A DNA stretch of 64,000 nt from Schmidtea nova. Taxonomy: Eukaryota. How positions within the stretch are numbered: position 1 is the first letter of the stretch; every line of letters begins with the position of its first letter. The DNA is taken from assembly GCA_044892505.1 (NCBI GenBank), contig CM097882.1:35774001-35838000 (forward strand), in the 5' to 3' direction. The translations under genes and the position numbers were made by a program. The notes beneath the pieces were generated by a model that saw only the letters and a program-made list of their open reading frames with translations, had not been told where the DNA came from and made no database searches. Below are positions 12,671 through 24,462 of this stretch, one piece after another.

Positions 12671-13203
12671 CGCTGCGCTCAACTGCGATCCATTAAACTA
12701 TCGAAAATCTAGATTAGTATTATAATTATATAGTTTTCAAGTTATATAAATGCAAGATTTCTCATAAGGATTCAGATTCGTAATGCTTTCATGAAGTCCA
12801 TAAAGGATTAAAGATAGAACATATATTTTTATTCTTAATTCATGCCATTATTTAAGAAATATGTAATCAAGTATCTTAATGGTAAAAAAATAATCCGGAA
12901 TGGTTTTTATATAAAAATATACAAATTTATACAATCTGTTTACTAACTACTTTATCAGTAGTATTTGATAATTTTATTTAAAATAATCAAATTTATTTTT
13001 TAATTAATTTATCTTTATTTCAATATTAGTCAATTATGGCCCAATTTTTATCAAAACTTGTATACATATCAAATTCAATATGCTGAATCCGACTTTATTA
13101 CAAAAAATAGAAAAAAAATTAGTCCAAAGTGGGAGTTGAACCTAGGCCTCTCACATATAAACATTTTTAATTATTTTCTCGACTAATACTTGTCAGATTT
13201 GAA

Positions 13204-13401
13204 CCAAAATTTCTATTTATATCAAATTCAATACGCTAAATCCGATTCCTTAATAAAATTTTCATAAGAAACGTCAAAGAAAAAATTATTCAACCTTGAG
13301 AGTTAAAACTGGGGTCACACAATTAGAAATCCAAAGCCTTTCCAACTAAGCTACATTCCACACTTTTAATAGACAAAATTTTAACATATATTTGATTTTT
13401 C
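13204..13401 (+). repeat. outer inverted-repeat segment of the fold-back element
   Basis: Reverse complement of 19143-19341, e.g. GAGAGTTAAAACTGGGGTCACACAATTAGAAATCC versus GGATTTCTAATTGTGTGACCCCAGTTTTAACTCTC. Confidence 0.9.
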
Positions 13402-13422
13402 TAATCTTTACATAGGTTTATT

Positions 13423-13424
<2 letters not shown>

Positions 13425-13511
<87 letters not shown>

Positions 13512-13706
13512 CAATAATTCTCATAATGACTATAGATCAAATTTTTTTTATAAACAATAACACAATATTTCGGCACAGCCTTTATCAAGTGTGTATTTAC
13601 ACACTTGATAAAAGCTGTGCCGAAATATTGTGTTATTGTTTATAAAAAAAATTTGATCTATAGTCATTATGAGAATCATTGATAATAATAATAAAAAAAG
13701 ATCAAA
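13425..13706. repeat. (AAT)n microsatellite plus full palindromic MITE copy
   Basis: (AAT)n runs 13425-13503. A near-perfect palindrome follows at 13503-13706, centred on GTGTGTATTTACACAC, and runs into an N gap. Confidence 0.9.
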
Positions 13707-13920
13707 NNNNNNNNNNNNNNNNNNNNNNNNNNNNNNNNNNNNNNNNNNNNNNNNNNNNNNNNNNNNNNNNNNNNNNNNNNNNNNNNNNNNNNNNNNNNNN
13801 NNNNNNNNNNNNNNNNNNNNNNNNNNNNNNNNNNNNNNNNNNNNNNNNNNNNNNNNNNNNNNNNNNNNNNNNNNNNNNNNNNNNNNNNNNNNNNNNNNNN
13901 NNNNNNNNNNNNNNNNNNNG

Positions 13921-16345
13921 ACACAAAAAAAAGACCTTTTCAAATAACAAAATATATTTCAATAACAATTTTCATTCTGGAAATATCTACATTAAGAACT
14001 TGTCATTTCAGTCGTTTAATGTATTGACTCCTAAATAATGCCCGAATGCAAAACTTTCATTTTTACCCACCCATTGAGGCTTATCATCGTTGTTACTTAA
14101 AGCAATTTTAGAATTCTTAAAAGTATACAACTCATGATTTCGCGTCCCTATCCGAGTTTGAGGAACAGAAAAGATTTGATTATTATTGTAGCAATCAAGA
14201 TAAGAAAGATTTTTTATCTCAGTTCCTTCTAAATATACTCCCTTCGCTTTATTACTTTCAGATTCACCCAAAAGACTGTAGCACTTCGGACTTAAGAAAA
14301 CCCATTCATTGGATCCAAGTCCCTTACTCTCGTATTTAAATTTGCCAATGACTGAGTTAAGGTTTCTTGAATACAATGGATGTTCAGGAATAACCTATAT
14401 AGTTTTAATAATAAAAATAATAATAGAGTTAATAATACTTGAAACCAATCAAAATGAAACTTGACACATAAAAAATACGTATTTATTTTTTAAAAACTTT
14501 GATTTACAAATTTTTTTTTACATTCTTCATCCATACCAGATTTGGTAAAACAATATGATATAAGTACATTATTTTGTGGTGATTAGTTGACAACTAGTTA
14601 AAAAGTTTCAAAATCTATATATATTGAACAAAACACTTATTAGCACATAATTAAAAAGTTTTGAAGCTAAATCATGAAAATCAATCCAAATTAGTCAAGT
14701 TATCAAAATATTTTAAATATTTCTGTTATTATATATTTATTATAGAAAAGACATGTTAGTTGATATCAGTTGATAATAGTTAAAAATTAACTAATAATAC
14801 GTGGTAATCATTATTTTTACAAGTTCTCAGTGAAAGTAGTAAACAATGATTTAATTATAATTGTAAAAATACTAAGAGAAATTCCTAAGAAAAGTGACTC
14901 TCAAAAATAATTTAAATATAATCTTCAAAAATTTATTAACAAAAATTTAGTTTCAAAAATTTAGTTTTAAAAATTTATTCACAGAATTTAGATTCAAAAA
15001 ATTATTCACAAATTTTAGTTTTAAATTTATCCACAGAATTTAGATTAAAATCTATTTTTTACCCAGTTTTTGTTCACTAACCAGTTAGCAACCCATTAAT
15101 TATTGATAAAATATACATATACTTTGATTTATATTTAAAGTTAATTTCGTAATATTTTAAATTAATATATATCATTAGAATACAATTTTTAAAATTACTT
15201 TGACTTAAATTTACTTTTGAATCTTAGAATAAATTTTAGTAAACACATCTAAATTTATTCAATTAAAATTGATTTTTTTCCAAATTGAATTTTGTCGGGA
15301 AAATATAGTTAGTTACACAATCAATTTTATACTAATTAATTAAAACTTATTTAAAATTGATGTCTTGAAGATTGGCTACATTATTGAGTTCCAAAATCAT
15401 TTCACAATGATACCAAGATATTTATGAATTTATTTGCAATTATTTATTTTACTAAAAGCAAAAATTATTATCATTTATTTGAAAATATGCGGATTTTTAA
15501 ATTGAAACTTAAATAAAATTTTAATTGTTGGCTAATTAAAAGTAATTTTTATAGGTTTAAAATTAATCTAAAATTAAAATAATAATCGATTGATCAATGT
15601 ACAAAATTTTATATTACTTAGTCAGCAACTTTAACAATTGATTAATCTTTTAAATAAATTAGCCAACTGAATTTTTAAATAAGACGAAAAGAAAAAGAAT
15701 AATAGAAATTTCTATATGCTTTATTTTCAAAATTGTAATGCTTAATTTTCAAATATTTTGGCTAATAAAGTATTTATTTTGAACCAAAACTAGTAGTTAG
15801 AATACTAAAGTTTACTTTATTATAACATTTAAAATGAAAAACAAATCAATTTACTCATTATCAATTAGTTACGAATTATTAATCAATTCGTTAATAATTT
15901 AATACACGTTAAAAGGAATTTAAATACATCTTTTTAAGAATTTATTTCATTAGATTTCAAAAATTTTTAGAATAAATTTTAAAATATTTTTAATAAAAAA
16001 ACTAAATGCAATATACTCGATTGATTGACAACCATTGACAACAAACTCATTTGTGTAATAAGATGTTTTGTCAGCGTATTTATTATCACTAGGTTTTGAA
16101 ACCATTAATGAATACTGTTTTTATGTATTGATTGAAGAAAACATGTAATAAAAACTAAAATCAACCAATTAAATTATCCAAATTCACTCCAGTGTGTACA
16201 TTATTTGTATAACATGTGGTATTTTTATACTGATATTTTTCTATCGATTTGAATACAATTACTATACATTGCTACAAAAATCACTACATTTTGGTATTAA
16301 ACTGATATAACTAAAATTGAGGTTTCCTTTTAAAATTACTTGCAC
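13921..16345 (+). repeat. left 2.4-kb arm of giant inverted repeat
   Basis: Reverse complement of 16534-18964 throughout. At least about 10 differences are seen by eye, so identity is high but not complete. Confidence 0.95.
14008..14376 (-). pseudogene. C-terminal fragment of Polinton protein-primed DNA polymerase B (copy 1)
   Basis: Reads EHPLYSRNLNSVIGKFKYE...FLSPKCYS...KAKGV...YLDC...HELYT..SKIALSNNDDKP....SFAFGHY. This matches the Polinton pPolB C-terminal pattern HPLYS..NKKVIGKFKDE...L.PK.YS...KAKGV...KIALS..DDKR...LA.GHY. The N-terminal ~85% of the gene is absent. Confidence 0.9.
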
Positions 16346-16533
16346 CTTTTTAATTGATATTCATCATAAAACCTATACAATTATCAATTAAACAGTTAAA
16401 TTGATAATTGTATAGGTTTTATGATGAATATCAATTAAAAAGGTGGAAGTAATTTTTTTTATAATTTGTGAAGAAATTTCTATTATTAATTTAAAAAAAT
16501 TAAAAAATTAAATTAAAAAATTAAAAAATTAAA

Positions 16534-18964
16534 GTGCAAGTAATTTTAAAAGGGAACCTCAATTTGAGTTATATCAGTTTAATACCAAAATTTAGTGATT
16601 TTTGTAGCAATGTATAGTAATTGTATTCAAATCGATAGAAAAATATCAGTATAAAAATACCACATGTTATACAAATAATGTACACACTGGAGTGAATTTG
16701 GATAATTTAATTGGTTGATTTTAGTTTTTATTACATGGTTTCTTCAATCAATACATAAAAACAGTATTCATTAATGGTTTCAAAACCTAGTGATAATAAA
16801 TACGCTGACAAAACATCTTATTACACAAATGAGTTTGTTGTCAATGGTTGTCAATCAATCGAGTATATTGCATTTAGTTTTTTTATTAAAAATATTTTAA
16901 AATTTATTCTAAAAATTTTTGAAATCTAATGAAATAAATTCTTAAAAAGATGTATTTAAATTCCTTTTAACGTGTATTAAATTATTAACGAATTGATTAA
17001 TAATTCGTAACTAATTGATAATGAGTAAATTGATTTGTTTTTCATTTTAAATGTTATAATAAAGTAAACTTTAGTATTCTAACTACTAGTTTTGGTTCAA
17101 AATAAATACTTTATTAGCCAAAATATTTGAAAATTAAGCATTACAATTTTGAAAATAAAGCATATAGAAATTTCTATTATTCTTTTTCTTTTCGTCTTAT
17201 TTAAAAATTCAGTTGGCTAATTTATTTAAAAGATTAATCAATTGTTAAAGTTGCTGACTAAGTAATATAAAATTTTGTACATTGATCAATCGATTATTAT
17301 TTTAATTTTAGATTAATTTTAAACCTATAAAAATTACTTTTAATTAGCCAACAATTAAAATTTTATTTAAGTTTCAATTTAAAAATCCGCATATTTTCAA
17401 ATAAATGATAATAATTTTTGCTTTTAGTAAAATAAATAATTGCAAATAAATTCATAAATATCCTGGTATCATTGTGAAATGATTTTGGAACTCAATAATG
17501 TAGCCAATCTTCAAGACATCAATTTTAAATAAGTTTTAATTAATTAGTATAAAATTGATTGTGTAACTAACTATATTTTCCCGACAAAATTCAATTTGGA
17601 AAAAAATCAATTTTAATTGAATAAATTTAGATGTGTTTACTAAAATTTATTCTAAGATTCAAAAGTAAATTTAAGTCAAAGTAATTTTTAAAATTGTATT
17701 CTAATGATATATATTAATTTAAAATATTACGAAATTAACTTTAAATATAAATCAAAGTATATGTATATTTTATCAATAATTAATGGGTTGCTAACTGGTT
17801 ATTGAACAAAAACTGGGTAAAAAATAGATTTTAATCTAAATTCTGTGGATAAATTTAAAACTAAAATTTGTGAATAATTTTTTGAATCTAAATTCTGTGA
17901 ATAAATTTTTAAAACTAAATTTTTGAAACTAAATTTTTGTTAATAAATTTTTGAAGATTATATTTAAATTATTTTTGAGAGTCACTTTTCTTAGGAATTT
18001 CTCTTAGTATTTTTACAATTATAATTAAATCATTGTTTACTACTTTCACTGAGAACTTGTAAAAATAATGATTACCACGTATTATTAGTTAATTTTTAAC
18101 TATTATCAACTGATATCAACTAACATGTCTTTTCTATAATAAATATATAATAACAGAAATATTTAAAATATTTTGATAACTTGACTAATTTGGATTGATT
18201 TTCATGATTTAGCTTCAAAACTTTTTAATTATGTGCTAATAAGTGTTTTGTTCAATATATATAGATTTTGAAACTTTTTAACTAGTTGTCAACTAATCAC
18301 CACAAAATAATGTACTTATATCATATTGTTTTACCAAATCTGGTATGGATGAAGAATGTAAAAAAAAATTTGTAAATCAAAGTTTTTAAAATATAAATAT
18401 GTATTTTTTATGTGTCAAGTTTCATTTTGATTGGTTTCAAGTATTATTAACTCTATTATTATTTTTATTATTAAAACTATATAGGTTATTCCTGAACATC
18501 CATTGTATTCAAGAAACCTTAACTCAGTCATTGGCAAATTTAAATACGAGAGTAAGGGACTTGGATCCAATGAATGGGTTTTCTTAAGTCCGAAGTGCTA
18601 CAGTCTTTTGGGTGAATCTGAAAGTAATAAAGTGAAGGGAGTATATTTAGAAGGAACTGAGATAAAAAATCTTTCTTATCTTGATTGCTACAATAATAAT
18701 CAAATCTTTTCTGTTCCTCAAACTCGGATAGGGACGCGAAATCATGAGTTGTATACTTTTAAGAATTCTAAAATTGCTTTAAGTAACAACGATGATAAGC
18801 CTCAATGGGTGGGTAAAAATGAAAGTTTTGCATTCGGGCATTATTTAGGAGTCAATACATTGAACGACTGAGATGACAAGTTCTTAATGTAGATATTTCC
18901 AGAATGAAAATTGTTATTGAAATATATTTTGTTATTTGAAAAGGTCTTTTTTTTATTTTGTGTC
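16534..18964 (-). repeat. right 2.4-kb arm of giant inverted repeat
   Basis: Reverse complement of 13921-16345. It ends at an N gap. Confidence 0.95.
18503..18871 (+). pseudogene. C-terminal fragment of Polinton pPolB (copy 2)
   Basis: Same 122-aa peptide as 14008-14376 except KAKGV is KVKGV. Confidence 0.9.
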
Positions 18965-19342
18965 NNNNNNNNNNNNNNNNNNNNNNNNNNNNNNNNNNNN
19001 NNNNNNNNNNNNNNNNNNNNNNNNNNNNNNNNNNNNNNNNNNNNNNNNNNNNNNNNNNNNNNNNNNNNNNNNNNNNNNNNNNNNNNNNNNNNNNNNNNNN
19101 NNNNNNNNNNNNNNNNNNNNNNNNNNNNNNNNNNNNNNNNNNAGAAAAATCAAATATATGTTAAAATTTTGTCTATTAAAAGTGTGGAATGTAGCTTAGT
19201 TGGAAAGGCTATGGATTTCTAATTGTGTGACCCCAGTTTTAACTCTCAAGGTTGAATAATTTTTTCTTTGACGTTTTTTATGAAAATTTTATTAGGGAAT
19301 CGGATTCAGCGTATTGAATTTGATATAAATAGAAATTTTGGT

Positions 19343-19557
19343 GATGCAATGGTCAATAAGTGTGCCGGACACGTGAGGATGATGCAAAAATATTTCTAAA
19401 AGTAGTAGTTGCCATTGGCAACACGTTCTATAAGTGTGTCTTTGCACAAGTGAGCTGATCACGTACGAGTGATGTAATGGTCAAGTGTCCGGTGTTATGT
19501 AACTTTAAAAAATTTAAGAGGGGGGTACTGTATCTGACGGGGACACATCCTACTACT
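19343..19557 (-). repeat. right terminal inverted repeat of Polinton derivative
   Basis: Ends ...GGGACACATCCTACTACT, followed by the TSD TGCGTT. Confidence 0.88.
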
Positions 19558-19721
19558 TGCGTTCATCTTTCATGTTTCTCTTAATATTTATTGTTGTAAT
19601 TATCTTTTCTACTGCCCGTCTACAATGCTATTTATTCTACACCGTCTACTGAAAAAATACATGGTCAGAGAATGTGTGCGATGTAATTGTTGAAATACAG
19701 GCAAACCGTACAGACAATAGT

Positions 19722-21420
19722 TCAATCAAAAAAGAATGGAATGCGCCTTATTTTTATTGAGGCAAATTCCCGAGCAAGTTCACCGATGTCCACCTTGGAA
19801 GCCATTTCTTTCTCAATGGAGAGAATAGCCAAGTCCGATAAACGATCTTCTGCCATTGTAGATCGCAAGTAATTGTTTATTATTTTCAGTTTTGAGAAGC
19901 TGGATTCTCCTGCTGCAACAGATACTGGGAGAGTAAGCATGCTGCACAAAGCCACAGACAAATTTGGTAATACACGGCACAGCTGATTAGCACAGATAAA
20001 TTCAAGCATCTGCTTTGGTGTTTTTCTCTCTTGAATTCGATGTTGTAGGCATTTTATTTCTTCAAAAAGACGGAGGACATCAATGTCTTTGTCACTGTCG
20101 TCAGTCAGAGCTTTTTCTAATGATCGGCATTTTTCAAGAAGGGTGGCGGACTGATAGTCTCCTCCAATACAACTGAGAAACCCAAACAGTGTGTGATGAA
20201 CATTCAAGAGCGTGAAGCGCTCTTTTATAGAGTTTATAGCAGCATCTAACACCACGAAGAAAAACTGACACTTGAACGACTGTCTGGGATCTGATATTTG
20301 ATCATCAGTCACTTCATACTGAAACATTCGTTTTTTCGTACGAGCCCGAACTTGCGTCACAGCAGGAAATGTTGGGTCTATCTACAGATCTTTTGCTAAG
20401 CCTTCTGCCTCTTCAAGAGTTTTGAGAAAGCTGTCGTCAGAGTGATAGTTTACGAGATATTGAATGGTTTTATTCAGCTGAGTGACAGCTTCGGACATGT
20501 CGACAGATTGAAATTGAAGCAGTTTGTTCGCAAAGTTGACCTCGTAAAGGATGTTATACCAAACGACCACACTAACAAAAAATTTGAAGCAACGCAGATG
20601 AAATGCAATTCCTTGAGCATCTGCACGAGTTTGTGCGCCAGTCACTCCAGTTAGGGTCGTATCTTCGATAATGGAAACAAGGGCATCATAGACTTCTCCA
20701 ATTTGATTACGTAAAACATGAACGGCATTTACTCTACTTGACCACCTCGTTTTACTGAGAGGTTTGACAGTTAGACCCGACACATTATTCATGAGAACCT
20801 TCCAGCGATGTGTGGACGCAGAAAAAAACACATACACCGCTTGTACGACTCCAAAATATTTGACAGCTTCTGTGCAGGAATGTGCAGCATCGTTGACGAC
20901 GAGGTTCAGTGAATGAGCAGTGCAAGGGATATAAAATGCTCGAGGATTTAAATCAAGAATTTTCTTCTGCACGCCATTATGCTTTCCTTTCATGTTAGAG
21001 CCGTTGTCGTAACCTTGCCCTCTGAGATTAGTCAAAACTAAGCCCATTTCCTCAATCTTCTTCACAATTAAATTCGTCATTCCAGCTCCAGTTGTATTAG
21101 ATGCGGCCTCATATTGCAGAAAATGTTCGTGAACAGCAACATTCACAACACGTTCTTCTTGAGCTTCGCACAAGGACACAAATCGAATCACAAAAGTTAT
21201 TTGTTCAACACGACTAACGTCAGGTATACAATCAAAGATTATTGAGAAGTATTTTGCATTTTTGGCTTCACTAAGAATTTCGTCTCTCACCTTTTTTGCC
21301 AACAATCCAATGATTTCATTTTGAATATTCTTGCCCGCATAGTGCACATGAATTTCATCACTTTTGATACGCCGGATGTGTTCTTTCATTACAGGATCAA
21401 AGTTTCTTAAGTATTCGCCT
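19722..21420 (-). pseudogene. hAT transposase (ZMYM1-like/DUF4371 type with C-terminal dimerisation domain), N-terminally truncated, one in-frame stop
   Basis: Motifs IQNEII, YFSIIFDCIPDVSRVEQ, RGQGYDNGSNMKG, IPCTAHSLNLVV, LSKTRWSSR and TLPVSVAAGESSFSKLKII..YLRSTM..DRLSDLAILSIE. ORFs 20382-21389 and 19722-20360 are in the same frame, separated by one TAG (AKDL*IDPTFP). Confidence 0.93.
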
Positions 21421-22472
21421 ATAGCTCGAGCCGGCCCCGTCTACACTGATTTATTTTTCATATTATATAAACAAAATGCCACATACTTTGGAGAAGACTG
21501 TCTGTTTTCTCTGTACTCGATTTTTCCTCAGTCCTCCTGCTGTTTATAAATATGAAAATAAGCGTAAAATATTTTTTTAAAGAAAATTTATTTAAATTAT
21601 AAAATATTTTTATATTGTTTTAAATTTATTTGAAATTTTAAAAATAAAACTTAACACCTTATTTTTTAAAAGTTATGGTTAATTTTTCAATCAATTTAAT
21701 TATTAGATTTATATTGGAATGTTTGACTGAAAAAGCATTTGAAAATGAGAATAATGTTCCCGAAATATATTGGGTGGAATATAATAGTATTTAATTTTCA
21801 GATTTAAATATATTTGATAAATATAATAAATTTAAATAAAATTATAAATTAAGATAATAATTTAAATTTAAATATTGAAGTTTTAATTGGCTTGACTGCA
21901 AATATCATATTTAAGAATGAATGAAAACTAAAAATTCAAAATATTTATTGAATATTTGCATATGAATATGCCCTATTAAATTGTTAACTCATGCTTGCTA
22001 AATTATCCACAAATATAAAAAAGAAATCGTTTCAATGATATTGAAATTTGTGTTGTGTTTAAAATTTTAGTCTTCTGATATAATGGATGTTCTTNNNNNN
22101 NNNNNNNNNNNNNNNNNNNNNNNNNNNNNNNNNNNNNNNNNNNNNNNNNNNNNNNNNNNNNNNNNNNNNNNNNNNNNNNNNNNNNNNNNNNNNNNNNNNN
22201 NNNNNNNNNNNNNNNNNNNNNNNNNNNNNNNNNNNNNNNNNNNNNNNNNNNNNNNNNNNNNGCTGTTTTTCTGGTTGATCTATTGTAATAGCAAAACTTT
22301 TATAACTAGAATTGGACAACTGTAAAAATAAAATTAACTTCATTTTCCCATTGACTCCAGATCATTTAGCTGTTGCTTTAAAATGGTTTGACCCAGTATG
22401 ACACACGATCAGTTTTTGTTTAACTAAAGCTAAATTTATCTTTTTCTTTTGGATTTATGATCAAATAATAGT

Positions 22473-22706
22473 TTATTATTATCAATAATTCTCATAATGA
22501 TGACTATAGATCAAAAAATTTTTTTTAAACAATACCACAATATTTCGGCACAGCCTTTATCAAGTGAGTATATACACACTTGATAAAGGCTGTGCCAAAA
22601 TATTGTGTTATTGTTTATAAAAAAAATTTGATCTATAGTCATCATTATGAGAATTATTGATAATAATAATAAAAAAAGATCAAAGGTGAAAAAAGATAAT
22701 TATGAT
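22473..22706. repeat. palindromic MITE copy
   Basis: Arms TTATCAATAATTCTCATAATGATGACTATAGATC...CAGCCTTTATCAAGTG fold around the centre AGTATATACAC. The right arm continues to AAAGATCAAAGGTGAAAAAAGATAATTATGAT. Confidence 0.9.
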
Positions 22707-23229
22707 AAATAATAGTTTGTTTAGTTGTTTCTATTTTTGGTGACTTTTTTATTTATATTTTGCTTAAATCGAATATTTTCCTAACCGCCCATTAACATGA
22801 ATATCTTGATTTGCTTATTACAAATTTTAATTAATAGAAAAAGATATTTGGAAGAATGACATGATGATATAATCTTTGTTTTATTTTTAATTATAAGGTG
22901 GGTACACAAAATGTTATCGAACATCAAAGACTATGTGATTAATTACATATTTCGAGGAGATTTCTAAAGAAATTGTTTCATTTTAAGTATTTTTCTAAAA
23001 ATGCTCCTGTTGAATAAAAAATACAAAAGACAATTTAATTGTTCATAAATAACAGAATTAAGTAAATAAGCAAAGGACGCATTTATACCAATAACTGTTA
23101 CACAACAAAACTTGGACGAAAATCTGCGAAATCTTTTAATTATTAGGCGTAATAGAATGTTTTCTAAAGTTATTGAATAAGGTGAGTTCATATCTAGAAA
23201 TCATTATTAAAACAAATTAATTGTTTTTT

Positions 23230-23929
23230 TACGCTTTGTAAAAATAATGATAAACATTGTATGCTAGTGTGTTGTCGGGATGAAAATCTTTTTTTCTTCG
23301 TCAAATTTGGTCGTTTTGCGTTGCGCTCATTTTGTAAACGATCGGGTAGTGCTGAATAGGACTACCCTTTTGACGATATTCATAAAATCCCATGCATATC
23401 CCAGTAAACAATTTTCATCGTATTTTCAAGGTCATTTGGTAATGAACGCACCACCCGCTTTGCAATCAGTTATTTTCGCACACAGAATGATGTTATAAAC
23501 ACGACCTATTGAAATGTTTGCAATCTTGACTGACACATGGATCTTTACTTTGTGATCGTTTCATCTTTGCGTATTCCTTTATGAGTTCCTGAGTACTTTA
23601 GAACGAAATTTAAAAACATTATACCAATAAATAACACTCGACATTGCTGGTGCAGATTCCTTATAATGTTTATCAAGCCATTCATTTATTTGCGCAGTAT
23701 TAATTTTTCTTTTTTTTAATTTAACTGGTTGTCAATATTTGAGACATCGAACTGAAAATTTAAATTTGGTCATTTCATGACGCGATCTTTTACCGATCTT
23801 TAAGCCGTTGGCAGTCATTTTTTTATATATTTCACTTAAAATGCAGTACAAACTAATTGACATCAATGAAGAGTTGTTATTTGTGCATTTCATGGGTTGA
23901 GCAAATTGTTTATTGGCGCGTAACTAATA
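23230..23929 (-). mobile_element. degenerate mariner element (5' end and core)
   Basis: Minus-strand remnants ISIGRVYNII, MKIVYWDMHGIL (VFWD..GI) and LPDRLQNERNAKRPNLTKKKDFHPDN (KRP.L.KK..FHHDNA). A TIR-like TATTAGTTACGCGCCAATAAAC starts at 23929. Confidence 0.75.
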
Positions 23930-24367
23930 TATTAAATCAAGTAGAAATACGCGATATCTGTGGATGCCGCCATCACTGGATCAACACAGCGTATGTTCTT
24001 GGAGAATTTTAAAATGTCATTTTCTAAACTTATTAAAAAAATATATTTCACTGAAAAGACGACTAGAGTTGTCCTGCTTTATCTTTTGATGTAGAATTGA
24101 AAGAAAGAAACAACTTCTAGCTAAAAGACAATCAAAAACTGCTGGATTTATAAAGATTTTGGTAGGACTTAAACTCTCATTTCGCTCAATGCGTTTCTTT
24201 ATTAATGACACAAGACTCCGCAAATAACAAATTTTGATTTTTACAAACAAATGAATAAATTTTGAGCAAATATGGCAATGGGTTTCAATTAGACTTCAAT
24301 CAAACGATTTCACGCTTTAGATAAATCAAACAAGGCTAAATTATTTTTTGTAGATGATGCTTTAGAT

Positions 24368-24429
24368 CAGGCCTGGCCAACCCAGATGATCTTGTGGACC
24401 CTTTTGGAAATGCATTATAACCACACGTG

Positions 24430-24462
<33 letters not shown>

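Larger units (their letters stand above)
12228..19557. mobile_element. non-autonomous Polinton/Maverick derivative with fold-back (palindromic) body
   Basis: The left end AGTAGGAGGATGTGTCCC and the reverse-complemented right end AGTAGTAGGATGTGTCCC give 5'-AG...CT-3' termini with short tandem repeats. An exact 6-bp TSD TGCGTT lies at 12222-12227 and 19558-19563. TIRs are about 210 bp and pPolB fragments are inside. Confidence 0.88.
12124..21439 (-). mobile_element. 5'-deleted hAT DNA transposon (composite, carrying the Polinton fold-back insertion)
   Basis: Ends CGGGGCCGACT (12124) and AGCCGGCCCCG (21429-21439) are an inverted repeat matching 10/11. An exact 8-bp direct repeat TCTACACT lies at 12116-12123 and 21440-21447. 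Subterminal GCCGCCCTA motifs and a hAT transposase are present inside. Confidence 0.9.

Noticed and set aside
12462-12712. ORFs MAVGDWRLAVGGWRL... and ...PPTANHQPPTANHQ...
   Set aside because: They are translations of the 7-bp tandem repeat.
13921-18964. Giant inverted repeat as a pure assembly or whole-genome-amplification chimera
   Set aside because: The arms differ at about 10 or more positions, including a codon change (KAKG versus KVKG). The symmetry extends past both gaps to bona fide Polinton termini with an exact TSD. An artefact is unlikely, though long reads are still needed.
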